Source of the DNA: Octopus vulgaris
Taxonomy: Eukaryota
DNA: 64,000 nucleotides
NCBI GenBank assembly: GCA_951406725.2
Contig: OX597822.1
Coordinates: 62,558,001 to 62,622,000 of the forward strand
Direction of reading: 5' to 3'
The notes beneath the pieces were generated by a model. That model was not told the DNA's origin and ran no database searches. It was given only the letters and a program-made list of their open reading frames with translations. Position numbers and translations under genes: made by a program. Shown here one piece after another: positions 37,540 through 50,074 of the stretch. Numbering within the stretch: the stretch's first letter is position 1; each line of letters opens with the position of its first letter.

Positions 37540-37758
37540 AATATTGCTTTCAAATTTTGACACACGGCCAGCAATTTCGGTGGAGGAATTGGTCGATTAG
37601 ATTGACTCCAGTGCTCGACTGATACTCATTTTATCGACTTTGAAAGGATAAAATACACTGTTAACCTCACTGGAATTTTAATTCAGGAAGTAAAGACGGA
37701 CGGAATGCTGCTAAGCATTTTACCTAGCATACTAACGAATCTGCCAGCTCACCGCCTT
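37540..37758 (-). mobile_element. SINE-A monomer (tail B)
   Basis: TTTCAAATTTTGACACACGGCCAGC...CTGCCAGCTCACCGCCTT. Confidence 0.8.
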
Positions 37759-40011
37759 AAATAGACAAGTGACATATTAAATGATTTTAACCAACTTCTT
37801 CCGAATAAATACACTCCATTTCAGTAGTAATTGCAATAACTTCTATACATTTTCTTGTTTATCTCCAATTTTAATATTTAATAGGTATTTTCCTTTAACT
37901 AGACTCTACTGTATGTACACCATACGCATCTAATATTATCCATGCGAGTTCTAATGGGTGAGATTCGATAACTTTGTATGTATTTAAACGAATGGAGTTT
38001 CCTGTGGCACCTAATTCGTGGTGTCTAATACATATTTAATCGATATATTATTGATTTCTACTGAAATGTAATATTTATCACTAACTTCTTATAAATGTTT
38101 GATGGAGATAGAACTAACTTCAATTTATTTTTATTTGATACCTATTTTCCACCGATAGACATATACTACCAATTATTTAGACTGTAATATTTACAACTGC
38201 TTCGACGTTGTTTAGTAAATTTGAAGTTATAGTTTCGAGCTGAGTTCATGCATACATTCGCTAAAAAAAAAAAACAATTTTTCCTCGTGAATTACAAACG
38301 AGTCTTTCCTTTCGTGATGTATATAATGCTTCAGATAGACTTTCCATCAGTTGTTTTAGATTTGTTTAAATGATGACTACGTGTAGCTATAAATACCTTT
38401 GTGTAATTCAATGATAATGTAAAAATGTCATTAATTTCGTTAGTTGCTAATATTATATCACTGAGTAATTGCCCAGCTTCTTTAACATGAAAAATAGGTT
38501 TGGCTACTTTATCACTGAATGACAGTTTCTCTTAAAGAGGCACGTGTTTGTCTTTGACAATTCAATTACAGTTGACAATGCTGGAGGAATTATCTTTGAA
38601 TTTACAATATCGTGTCCACGATTTCATTCCATTTACCTAATTATCGTCTCCATTACACATTACACATTAGTAAAGGTTTCCAGTAGCAAATATAATGTGC
38701 ACGTGATTTTGGAAATGTTCGGTCAATTTTTCAGGTATCATCTAATGCAAAATTGTGTCTCATTCTTCAGAATCGAATATTTGGTTTATAATGTCAGCCA
38801 TTCAATCCACGAACATAAATTTGACTTTTCCTTATCGTTGTCTTAAACTTTGTACTTAAAAGAACCATTCATTATTAATTTGCATTCAAAAAGTTATATG
38901 ACAAACCCATACTGAACAGAGATCACTAAGGTATTTTCCAAATGGAGATGTTAGTCTTTTTTTTTCAACAGTAAGAAAACACAGACGTAACTCAAATCAA
39001 GAAAATATCATCGCCTACATCCATCTAAGCGTAAGTGAGCAGCATCTAGCTTAATCCTTCAAAATTTCGCCGACTCACAGAGGGTAGCAGAAGACTGAGT
39101 GAAGTGACGAAATCTGGTTGTGACGTCAACAACGAACGCTGCAAAGACCACATGTACAAAGTATCAGAAGGAAGAACACCGACGATCTCTTCCAGTGAAG
39201 CACATTGCTAAGATAGCAAAGAGAACATTCCAACGATTGTCCCTTCCTTTCAGAACCAGTAAATACTTCAGCACCAAGCCATTATCAATACTTTAGAAAG
39301 CTCAGTTGAGACTTACAATTTAGTTCTGCTCTCACACTTGAGGTGGCGCTGCTAATTTACACACAGCCACCCTAGAACTCCAGCCTTCGGTCCCGCCAGT
39401 CTTGTTACTTTTTGTCACGGCGTTTTCTATCGCTACTATAATGGCCTCTGCTCCTCGGAGATCCTAGGCTCGGGTCACCTTTAGCTAAGCATGCATTACC
39501 TTTTCACGCTTGAGACACTTGTTCTGCCAAACGCCTGTAGGCCTCGCACTAATCACAATAAAATGGTTAGTCATTCATTCACTGAAGTCAGACTCTCTAG
39601 AATTCTCTCGCTGCCCTTATCGTCCGCGAAGCTGTTGACTTACAAAAGATCAGGAGAAACATTAATGCCATCAATTCCACCGGTGCAAGAGAATGGTAAA
39701 CACCATTAGCACTACCCTTTCCTGCAAACCCACGCATCGAGAAGCAAGTTTAAGCGCTTCCTAATTAACACGATAAAAGTCCAGTTATTGGCAGATGTAT
39801 TTGGAAACAATGTCGACCATCAACTGTTTTTCTAAAATAAAACATATTTTCTATTGTCTGTTTCACTTGTTTCTGCATTGCTAACATGCAGAGCTGTGTA
39901 TTTTCAAGCAGTTCAATGATGATAAGTACTTTCCAGCACTTGTAAGATTATTCCTGCGTCTACATTATGATACGGAACTGTGGATACTTTTCCAAGAACC
40001 ACCTTACATGC

Positions 40012-40090
<79 letters not shown>

Positions 40091-40094
<4 letters not shown>

Positions 40095-40508
40095 ATCGCC
40101 ATATTAATATGGCAGTCTTATAGATAAAAGACTAAAAGCTGTCGCTGATTAGCTCCATGAGGCCATCGCCTTAAGATAGCTATTTGACACACAAACTGTG
40201 TCCATTATAACCTTCGAACAAGGGAAGTCAGCCGCTTCACACTGCCAGTCAGACAGCTACAGACGCGTTTCAGGGTATTTGCCCTTTGTCAATGTAACGT
40301 AGTCAGACCCAGTAGGTGTCGCCACTGATCGTCTCTGTTCGAAGGTTTTATTTACCTAGTTTCGGTGGAATACATCCACTTGTTTTCAATAATAGAAATA
40401 TTAAAATTACTAAGTCTCTCTAAAAGAGATTACGGCAGCGTTACTGGAAATTAATTGTTATCGCCATATTAATAAGACTAAAAGCTGGGTCTGACTACGC
40501 TACATTGA
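40091..40508 (-). mobile_element. Penelope-like terminal-repeat fragment with hammerhead folds and direct/inverted end duplications
   Basis: Hammerhead at 40256-40298; second decayed fold at 40348-40394; TGTTATCGCCATATTAATA repeated at 40091 and 40456; 40485-40508 is the reverse complement of 40289-40312. Confidence 0.7.
40256..40298 (-). ncRNA. Minimal type I hammerhead ribozyme, U3-A8 core variant
   Basis: Minus: GTTACA TTGACAA AGGG-CAAATA-CCCT GAAA CGCG TC TGTAGC. Confidence 0.8.
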
Positions 40509-42212
40509 ATGGAGTTTGATACAGCTACTCTTATTTGCACCTCTTGCCGTGAGGTAGGTTCATCTGGGACTCTTGACAGGAGGATGTTCAGCTTTGATTT
40601 AAAAACCGCTACATCTACTTTGTGCAATTTCCTCAGACTCTTTGGGAGAATATTAAAAAGCTGTGGGCCCTTGAAACCCAGGCTGTTGCAGAAGCTGGTC
40701 CTGAAGCGTGATGGCATTGCTGGGATCTTTGGCACTATGCAGTGTCGTCCCGTTCTAGCATTGGTGTAGCTTACAATGCCAAAATTTGGCACAATTCCTT
40801 CCAGGATCTTCCAGACATATATTACTGCATACCTCTCCCGTCGTCTCTCCAGGGAGTAGAGTCTTAGCTGTTTCAACCTTTCCCAGTAGCTGAGCTGTTG
40901 CAAAGAGACGATCTTCTTTGTGAATCTTCTCTGGATTGCTTCAAGGTCCGCTGCTAATTTTACACTGGTGGGTGACCATAGCTGTGAGCAGTAATCCAGG
41001 CGACTGAGGACGAATGTCCGCCAGAATGTTCTTAGGATCCACCCAGCCAGTCGTCTGCACTTTGTCGCCATCCTGGTAATGTGCACTTGGAAAGAGGTAT
41101 CATCATTCATGTCAATACCCAGGTCCCTCACAGACTTAGCTCTGGGATTGAAATTCCCTGTGGACCGGTGTATCCTGTAAGTTTAATATTCAGTTTTGGA
41201 TGCTGGTAGCGCAGGACCTGCAATTTTTCAGCATTAAACTGCATATTATTATCCTCAGCCCATCTGTAGATTGAGTCCAACTCCTGCTGCAGGTGTGCAA
41301 CATCGCTGGGGTTCTGTATTTTCTGCGAGACTTTCGTATCGTCTGCATAGCTGGCCAGAGTGGCTATCCGGGCACTTGAGGGCATATCTAAGAGGGCCAC
41401 TATAAAAAGCAGTGGTCCCAAGACAGTGCCCTGTGGAACACCGCTCACTATTTGTGTGTTCATAGAGGTGGCTCCATTAACCACTACTGCCTGACTCCTA
41501 TCTTTCAGGAAGTCATGCAACCACACTCCAAGTTTTCCAGCTATGCCGAGGTCACGTAGTTTGTGGCATATCATACCATGATCCACCTTGTCAAAAGCTT
41601 TTGCAAAATCAAGGTTTATTACGTCCACATTTGATTTGTTGAGTAACTGCCTCAACACCCAGGCATAATGCTGTAAGAGCTGGGTCAGGCAGCTCCTACC
41701 TGGTCGGAAACCATGCTGGGTATTACTCAGCAAGTTATTTTCCTCAAGGAATGCGATTAGTTTCTTTCTGACTACCCGTTCCATGACTTTGCTGATGTGT
41801 GAAGTCAGAGAGATAGGCCTATAGTTTTTTGGCATCTGCTCTACTTCCCCCTTTATGTATTGGGCATATTATTCCCTCCTTCAGCTTGCTTGGCAGTTTG
41901 CCATTCGCAAGAAAGCTCTGGAAGAGAATCTTGAGGGGTTTTGCCAGGGCATGCTTACACGCTTTGAGGAGGATGGCTGGGAAACCGTCTGGAGCAGCAG
42001 CTGAGTTTGTGTCCACTTCATCTATGGCTAGTAGGACATCTTTTTCGCAAATGTCAATACATTCTATTGTAACCGCCTCGCTGGTTATAGGTGAGGCGGC
42101 AGAGAAGTCCACTGGTTCGTTCACTTGTCTGTGTTCCAACGGGGTGGTAAAGACACTTTTGAACTGGTCATTCAGCATCTCACTGATCATAGTTGGACTG
42201 TCTGTGAGGGAG
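40509..42212 (-). mobile_element. CR1-like LINE ORF2 fragment (RT), frameshifted
   Basis: NYRPISLTSHISKVMERVV, QHGFRPGRSCLTQL, LDFAKAFDKVDH, SGVPQGTVLGPLLF, YADDTK, RDLG, YWERLKQLRLYSLERRRERY. Confidence 0.93.
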
Positions 42213-42244
42213 CCATATATATGTATACACATTATATATATATT

Positions 42245-42286
<42 letters not shown>

Positions 42287-42853
42287 AATGTACACAATAT
42301 ATCTGATTAATAATATATGTTATGATTGTGCGGTGATGGTGGGCGATAATAATTCACCGTTCTAAAAGACCTGTAGCAGGAATAGATACATACAAACGTA
42401 CAGTGAGAGAGGTGGTTGAAGAAAGAATGATAGAGAGGCGGCAAAGCTGTCAGACGTCGTTATAGAGAGAAATTGGAGGGAAGGAAGGAAAGAGAGAGAC
42501 GGAGGAAGAGAGGGTGATATGCGAAGGGGAGAAACGATAAACACTTGTCAAGGTGTGGGTTTTGTAGCCCTAGTAACCACAGCCTTTGAGATAGGAGTTT
42601 TTAACCTAGCCCACTCACTTCATCGCCTCTTTTTACTTGTCCCTGTAAATTTTGGAGCCAATCCGACCCCATCTAGTGCCCGTTCACCCGGTTCAATCCC
42701 AAAATGAGACAAACAAACTTTTCGCATGTCAGCTTTATAGATATTGATATACATATATATAGAAATATTTTTTTATTCTCAAACGCGTGATAATGTTAAT
42801 TAAATTAGCGTGAACAGGATAAATTATCCATACATTGCAGAAAAATATGTTAT

Positions 42854-42928
42854 TGGCTAACCATGAGACTCGCACTCACATCCCTGTGATTACACGTCAA
42901 GTGGTTTACCATTAAGCTAAACTGCCCA
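42854..42928 (-). pseudogene. Degenerate tRNA-like sequence (tRNA pseudogene or SINE head)
   Basis: Minus GGCAGTTTAGCTTAATGGTAAACCACTTGACGTGTAATCACAGGGATGTGAGTGCGAGTCTCATGGTTAGCCA: A-box-like TAGCTTAATGG and T-arm-like GTGAG/CTCAT; acceptor stem poor. Confidence 0.45.
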
Positions 42929-42974
42929 GTAGCGAATTCTACTGCAATTTTGGAACTTATAAACTTAGCTATAT

Positions 42975-43135
42975 ATATAAAACAAAAAGAGTGAAAAAAC
43001 TACAGAAGGCTTTTTTATATGGTTAAAGAATATATTTAAGTCGTTATGTTAGAAATATGTTATAAAAATTTTGCATTTTCTTTAACCATATAACACAAGC
43101 CTTTCGTAGTTTTTCACTCTTTTTTGTTTTCTATA
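42975..43135. repeat. ~57-bp imperfect inverted repeat with ~45-bp spacer
   Basis: AAAACAAAAAGAGTGAAAAAACTAC...TATATGGTTAAAGAA versus TTCTTTAACCATATA...GTAGTTTTTCACTCTTTTTTGTTTT. Confidence 0.8.
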
Positions 43136-43171
43136 CGCCCAACCACGTGCTTTCACATACCAACTCTCTCA

Positions 43172-43214
<43 letters not shown>

Positions 43215-43467
43215 TGATATACATATATATATATATATGCATACCTACATACACGTACGCACACATACAAATGCACACACACACATGCGCGCATACAGGT
43301 GTGTACATACGCACAGACATACACAACAGTTTGTGTACATACATTCAGTATATTGTTCGTTGACAAAATATCTGATTTACGTTAAATTGCAAAAAAGAAT
43401 AAAATAATGTCTTCTCGTAAAAATAATCATTTTCATATATATATATGTATGTATGTATGTACTTATT

Positions 43468-43688
43468 TTACGTTGCTCCTGTTTACTCAGCTGTAGAGAT
43501 GAGTTACGTCACTGGTGGCCATTGCCTTTCCATTGGATAACATCGGTGGCGTGGAGAGAGGAGACTGGTATGCATGGGCGACAGCTGGTCTTTCATAAAC
43601 AACCTTGTCCAGACTTGTATCTCGGGGGGCATCTTTCTAGGTGCATTACCATGGTCATTCATGACCGAAAGGGGTCTTTACCCTTTTA
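43468..43688 (+). mobile_element. 5'-truncated SINE with the shared central domain and a distinct tail
   Basis: ACGTTGCTCCTGTTTACTCAGCTGTA matches the 22790/44520 centre; tail CATGACCGAAAGGGGTCTTTACCCTTTTA. Confidence 0.6.
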
Positions 43689-44517
43689 CAACATGTCGAC
43701 TCCGAAATCATAAAAGGCAAATTTGACCTCGGTGGGATTTGAACGCAAAATGTAAAGAGCCAAAATAGTTTTACTACAACTCTGCCAATCAATTGACCTA
43801 ATTTAAGAAAGAAGGCTTAACTTACCCTACACGGCGACCCGCAGCAAGGGTTAGATCTATTATTTAGTATGAGTATATTTTTTTCCATCATTAAGCAATT
43901 TCGTTTTTTAGTAAATAATTTTTTATATTTTGCTTGTGTCAGTGAAAAGATTGGACCTTACTGAAGCAACTTACAAGGGTTTTCTCAGCTGGAGTCTATA
44001 ACAGAGGACACTTGATCGATATGTCCCACCGTAAGACTGAACCCGGAAATACGTGTTTGGAAAGCAACCTTCTTATCACACAACCACACCTGAAGCTTAT
44101 CGATTTGAAGCCGAAATAGTTATTGATTATCTCAGCCGGAAAATGAAGAAGAGGGCTTTATCGCTTTTAATGTAGAAGGTTTAGGTTATAATTTCAAAAT
44201 AAATATCTCTTGTAATAAATTAAATTAATTATTTTTTCTTTAGCGACAACACATCATTTGCTGTTGGGTTGTGTCTATTTCTTCATCTGATGTCGCTTAG
44301 CTACTAAAAATAGGATCAATTAAGTTCAGTTGTGTAAATCCCCTGTATCACGTACATTTCGCCTTGAATCTGTGAATGATGTTTGTGCAAATGTGGAAGA
44401 GAGGAAGAGGAAGAGAAAGAGAGTGTGAGACTGTGTGAGAACCTGTGTGTATATGTACGTATGTTTATATGGGTTTGGTTCCCTACTTTCGTAAACAAAC
44501 ACTATATATACATGAGA

Positions 44518-44808
44518 GTATTCGACTTACGATCGTAAACTCGCGATTTCCACAGCGTGTTGTGTCCTTGAGCAACACACTTCACTTCACGTTGCTCCGG
44601 TCCACTCAGCTTGTAAAAAATATGAGCTGTACTTGTATTTCAATAGTTCAGCCTAGTCACGCTGAATTGCCCTGGGAACCAGGTCATGGTCATACGTGTC
44701 TATGGAGTGCTGAGCCACTTGCCGTTAATTTTACGCGAAGACTGTTCCGTTGAGCGGGTCAACTGGAATACTCGTCGTCGTGACCGACGGAGTGCCAGTT
44801 TATTTATT
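44518..44808 (+). mobile_element. SINE with the shared central domain and a third tail type
   Basis: TTGTGTCCTTGAGCAACACACTTCACTTCACGTTGCTCCGGTCCACTCAGCT; tail CTCGTCGTCGTGACCGACGGAGTGCCAGTTTATTTATT. Confidence 0.7.
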
Positions 44809-44992
44809 GTGTTTTTTGATTTCATATATTCGACTGTGGTGATGCTGGGCTATATGTAAGGTGAGGGTGGTCCTTGAGAACATATTTAGTAATTTAATAA
44901 AATAACTCTAATCTATTAATAAAAAGTTCCGCATATCTCGATAAGTTTAGAATTAGATTAAAATAACCCGCTGTGTATAATAATTAATGCCT

Positions 44993-45486
44993 ATATATAT
45001 ATGTATACATATGAATATATGTATATATATATATATATGTGTATGTATATGAATATATGTGTGTATGTATATGAATATATGTATGTATGTATATGAATAT
45101 ATGTATGTATGTATGTATATGAATATATATATGTATGTATGTATATATGTATATGAATATATGTATGTATGTATGTATATATATGAATATATGTATGTAT
45201 GTATGTATATATATGAATATATGTGTGTATGTATGTATATATATGAATATATGTATGTGTGTATGTATATATATGAAAATATGTATGTATATATGTATAT
45301 TTATATATGTATATATGAATATATATATGTATATATGTATATATATATATATGTATATATATGTGTATATGTATGTATGTATATATAGGAATATATGTAT
45401 GTATGTATGTATATATATATATATGTGTGTATATATATGTATCTATGTATATATGTATGTATATATATGTATCTATGTATGTATAT
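44993..45486. repeat. Complex (TA)/(ATGT)/ATGAAT low-complexity array
   Basis: Seen directly. Confidence 0.95.
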
Positions 45487-45782
45487 CATCATCATCATCA
45501 TCATCGTTTAGCGTCCGTTTTCCATGCTAGCATGGGTTGGACGGTTCTACTGGGGTCTGTGAAGCCAGAAGGCTTCATCAGGCCCAGTCAAATCTGGCAG
45601 TGTTTCTACGGCTGGATGCCCTTCCTAACGCCAACCACTCCGAGAGTGTAGTGGGTGCTTTTTACGTGCCACCCGCACAGGTGCCAGACAGAGCTGGCAA
45701 ACGGCCACGAACGGATGGTGCTGTTTATGTGCCACCGGCACGAGGGCCAGGCGAGGCTGGAAACGGACACGAAACGGGGCGG
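45487..45782 (-). mobile_element. SINE-like element with RTE-5'UTR-type motif and (GAT)n tail
   Basis: Minus GTTGGCGTTAGGAAGGGCATCCAGCCGTAGAAAC...GGAAAACGGACGCTAAAC(GAT)n; internal ~63-bp duplication beginning TTTA(C/T)GTGCCACC. Confidence 0.75.
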
Positions 45783-45954
45783 TATACATATTTATGTATC
45801 TATATATATGTAAGTCTATATGTACCAAGCGCTGCGGCAGTTTATATGTAGCCTATTTCTGGCATTACACCAAAATTTGGAACCATTACTATCATCATTA
45901 TCGTCATCATCATTATTATTTTTATTTTTCAACTTAATTTACAAGGCAAGTAAT

Positions 45955-46760
45955 CAAAATCTGCCGAAACCTTTTGCCTATACTCACTTCAGGAAATGAA
46001 TTTCGCAGTGAGTGATAATAGGTATATACTGACCATTCTTTATTATACGAGAATCTAATATCATAATTAAATCTTGTGTCATATCTTTAATCGTTTCGCT
46101 AAAGAAATTATCCCTTGAACTGTTGCAGATGTCGCAACAATTACCTCTAAAAGTTAGAAAAGTTTCATTTATCTCAAATATTACATAACTTGCCATTGGC
46201 TATTTTGTTTTGTTAACATTCAACAAACAGTAAATTCAAATGATGGCGTTTAGCTATCAACAACCATCGGCAACAGCATCTGAATATTTTTCTTTAGTAA
46301 GATGTATATCTAATATAGTGTTCTTTTCAATGAACGCCTTTAGAAGCAATGTCTCCTGCTTTGAATAAATCTTATAACTCACTCGATTGTCGACAGAAGT
46401 GATTGTTTTATTTATGGCCTATAACTATACATGTCTGTAACAGTCACAAGTTTTCTAGAAGATTTTGTTGCCGTGATATAACAGGTTGTATAAAGAAATG
46501 TTGCACCTCTGCCTTCTACACAATACCAGCATACAGGATATCAAATGAATCTCCATTACTCTCTTCGAACAAAATTTGTTTAATAATTCCAACCGTTCTC
46601 TGTCCATCTATTGATGAAAATTTAACCGTTTGCTCTGACTTTGATAAATTGTCTGTATGCTAGAATAAGAACTGGCCAAGAGGAAGGAATCCAAAAATCT
46701 CGTTTGAACTCAGCATCTAATTATACCGTTCCATAAACCAGCACGTATCTGTCTCCCCCT
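45955..46760 (-). mobile_element. Degenerate hAT (ZMYM1-like) transposase C-terminal relic
   Basis: Minus HTDNLSKSEQ...SSIDGQ...DSFDIL...QPVISRQ; LLEVIVATSATVQGIISLAKRLK (dimerisation-domain-like); a frameshifted SEYRQK.FGRF-like end. Confidence 0.6.
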
Positions 46761-47006
46761 TCAACACAAATTTTCAATGATTCGTGTAGAACTGCAATCA
46801 CTGAATCACTCAAGGGTTTATCAAAAGAAACATGGTTTATCTAGTTGCACTCAGAGCAAACATAACACTAAGTGTCACTTTTTTCTCAGTCTCCTTTCTT
46901 TTCCAGCTCATCAAGTAAATTCTTCCTCTTTGGTAAATACATATTTAGAGTTACAATCTCTTTACTATTACTCATCAGGTCAGATTGTATGTTACATTGC
47001 ATTGTA

Positions 47007-47572
47007 TTGGGTTGTCCGGAAAGTTCGTGCCGATTTTTAAAGGAAAGAAAAAGGCCAATAAAGACTTGCCATTACATTTTTAATCAACCAAATACGAAAC
47101 ATTTTGTTGCACAATGCGTCTCCATCTTTCCTTTAACTTGAAAATACCCTCTTCCAAGAATTTAGGTGGTTTCATGGCAAAGAATTCATCAAGGTCTCTT
47201 TTTACGTCATCCAAAGAATTGAATTTTTTACCTTTAAGACTATTCTGCAGGGACCTAAATAAGTGGAAATCCGAAAGAGCAATATCTGGTGAATAAGGAG
47301 GGTTGGGTAACATATCCCAGCCGAGCTGCAGCAATTTGTGTCTGGTTCCCAAAGCATCAAGTGCCGAAAATGAACTTACTTATCTTCCATTTTAAAGGGT
47401 TACAGAATTAACACAGGTTATAGGAACATAAACCTTCTTCCACGAAAAGATAGCTTAAACTGTGCTCTAAATGGAGGTGTAGTCAAATCCTATTTTATGA
47501 ACTCAACCATGTCCTAAAATAAGTCGAAATGTAAGCTACTATAAATCGGCACGAACTTTCTGGACAACCCAA
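47007..47572 (-). mobile_element. Internally deleted mariner (MITE-like) with both TIRs and TA target duplication
   Basis: TA|TTGGGTTGTCCGGAAAGTTCGTGCCGATTT ... AAATCGGCACGAACTTTCTGGACAACCCAA|TA; retains LGWDMLPNPPYSPDIALSDFHLFRSLQN. Confidence 0.95.
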
Positions 47573-47983
47573 TAGTTTGCTTCAGACTCAAGACAAAGAA
47601 TCTACTTCATGATATATGCTGAAGCCTTCGGTTAAATTCTTCCAAACGCTTTATCACTACAGATGCTTCTTGCGGCGTGGAACGCAATATGACACTTGAA
47701 AATATTGTTTCAAACTTTATGCCTAGCGAGAAATAAACTCCAAGAAATTCCCCATTAGGTTTGTCGAGTCAATGAATAATCACCATCAGTTTTTCACTGT
47801 TGGTGGCATTAGTATATTTGCTAGCAAATAATCGGAAAAAGTTTCTGCTTACTGCAGCAACTAAGTCTTCCATACCAAAATCAGCCATTACTGAGTAGAA
47901 ATTATTTTGTACGTCGCAGTTTTAGTCTTTATTTGTACCAACTGTGTTGAATCGTAATACTCCTTCTCTCATAATTCTATCTG

Positions 47984-48039
<56 letters not shown>

Positions 48040-48939
48040 TGTGAGTGTGTGTGTGCGGGGGTTGGGGTGGATGGGTGTATGTTAGATGATTCGGTAATAC
48101 TTCCATACATGGCACTTCGTAAGCAAGGAAATAGAAACACTCAATTTCTATTATGCGTTTACGCTTATAAATATTTTCTAGCAATGACATTCTACAATTC
48201 TCTGTCGTTATTGCATTTAGGAATCTATACTTCTGGTTGAAAATCAGCGCGGTGACATTCGAAGACTGGACGATCTTCAAGGTGCTAATAAGTGTTTTCC
48301 AATTATAAATGTTTCTGCTAAAAAGAAAGAAGCATATTTTCTTTATTTAACACGCACGATTGTCTACTTGGTCATAATAAAAGCAATCAAAATAAGTGGA
48401 CTAAATTGATTCAAAAGAACATTTCTATTTTCAAACTGTCTTTATCGGTTGATTTAATTAAGTAATAATAGCAAAACGGGGGCAGTTTCATTGAGATAAC
48501 GCTGCTGTTCGTTGAGATAATGGAGTAGAAACTAATGCGACAGAAAGAACTATATCTGGATGTACTTGCAGTTGTTATTGTGGTTTGATAGAACAGCTGA
48601 TGAACAAGAATCATTTGGATTTATCGACTTTTGTTGAGAGCAATTGGCATCGTTTGTTGCTTTCTATCGTTGAGCATGCACGAAATCGTTCAATAATCTT
48701 ATTAATCACAGTTTTTACTTCCCGGTAGACAGTCATTACTTCACTTGATTATATTTATCTGGCAGCTTCAATATTTTAACGGATTCGTACCTATAACAAT
48801 TATGATTATTTAAATACTTGATGTCAGAGTGAATTTGAAATCAATACCTGCATATCACGGTGTATACAGACTGCCATATTCTCTCATTATTTGATCCCTG
48901 ATTAGCTCGATATAATTTCTGTATGTTGCCGAAATGCTC

Positions 48940-49299
48940 TTTTATGCTCTAGACACAAGGCCCGAAACTTTAGTGGGAGAGGACCAGTCGATTACATCAA
49001 CCCCAGTACGCAACTGATACTTAATTTACCGACCCCGAAAGGGTGAAAGGCCTAGTCGACCTCGGCGGAATTTGAACTCAGAACGTAGCGGCTGACGAAA
49101 TACCTATTTCTTTTCTACCCACAAAGGGCTAAATACAGAGAGGACAAACAAGGACAGACAAACGGATTAAGTCGATTATATCGACCCCAGTGCGTAACTG
49201 GTACTTATTTAATCGACCCCCAAATGGATGAAAGGCAAAGTAGACCTCGGCGGAATTTGAACTGAGAACGTAGCGGCTGACGAAATACCGCTAGGCATT
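48940..49299 (-). mobile_element. SINE-A dimer with tail-A junction, head truncated
   Basis: GAAATACC|TATTTCTTT at 49104/49105. Confidence 0.9.
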
Positions 49300-49509
49300 A
49301 CCACAGACCATACTAGGTCACAAGTTCAATTTTACTGTATGATGCAGATATTTTTATATATTAAAATTTATTTTGATGATTGGCGGATATTTATTTTAAT
49401 CTAAAAAATAACAACAATAAATAAAACAATAGATAAAACTGAAAAGTGACTCCAATTGTAATTGGTAGAACTGTATACATGTTCAATCTCATGCTGACGT
49501 CTCGTGTAT

Positions 49510-49760
49510 AATTCTGCAAATTATAGTTGCTAAGACGATCTCACTGAAGAGTTTGCGGATGATTACGTAAATGATTATGTAAGCATTAACAACGAAACAA
49601 TGGTTTGTGATTAATCTATATTTTGTATCTTTTCATTTGTCTTGGTCGATTACGTTCAGGCGTTTGCTAAATTTTTCTTGAGAACATTCTTTTCTTAGTG
49701 GTAAGACCATAGCGGATCTTCTTCTAGCATAATGGTTGTTCACTTACAGGTCATCCCTTT
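49510..49760 (+). mobile_element. Hammerhead-bearing dispersed repeat, copy 2 (fold at 49538-49611, canonical core)
   Basis: ATCTCA CTGAAGA GTT...AAC GAAA C-AATG-G TT TGTGAT; homologous to 19560-19800. Confidence 0.72.
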
Positions 49761-49843
49761 CATATGTATATATATATACACATACATATATATATATATA
49801 CATATGTTCATATATATGTATTTATATATATGTATATATACAC

Positions 49844-49890
<47 letters not shown>

Positions 49891-49924
49891 TATATATACG
49901 TTTATATATATGTATGTATCTTTA

Positions 49925-49969
<45 letters not shown>

Positions 49970-50074
49970 TCTTACTCTTTTACTTGTTTCAGTCATCCGA
50001 CTGCAACCATGCTGGAGCACCGCCTTTAGTCGAGCAAATTGATCCCATGACTTATTCTCCTAAAGAAATATAAA

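Noticed and set aside
37770-38870. Coding-like AT-rich stretch
   Set aside because: Frequent stops and no motif I can assign; possibly an old TE relic. Needs translated HMM search.
48411-48614. KLPPF motif reminiscent of Gypsy gag
   Set aside because: A five-residue match with no supporting downstream sequence.
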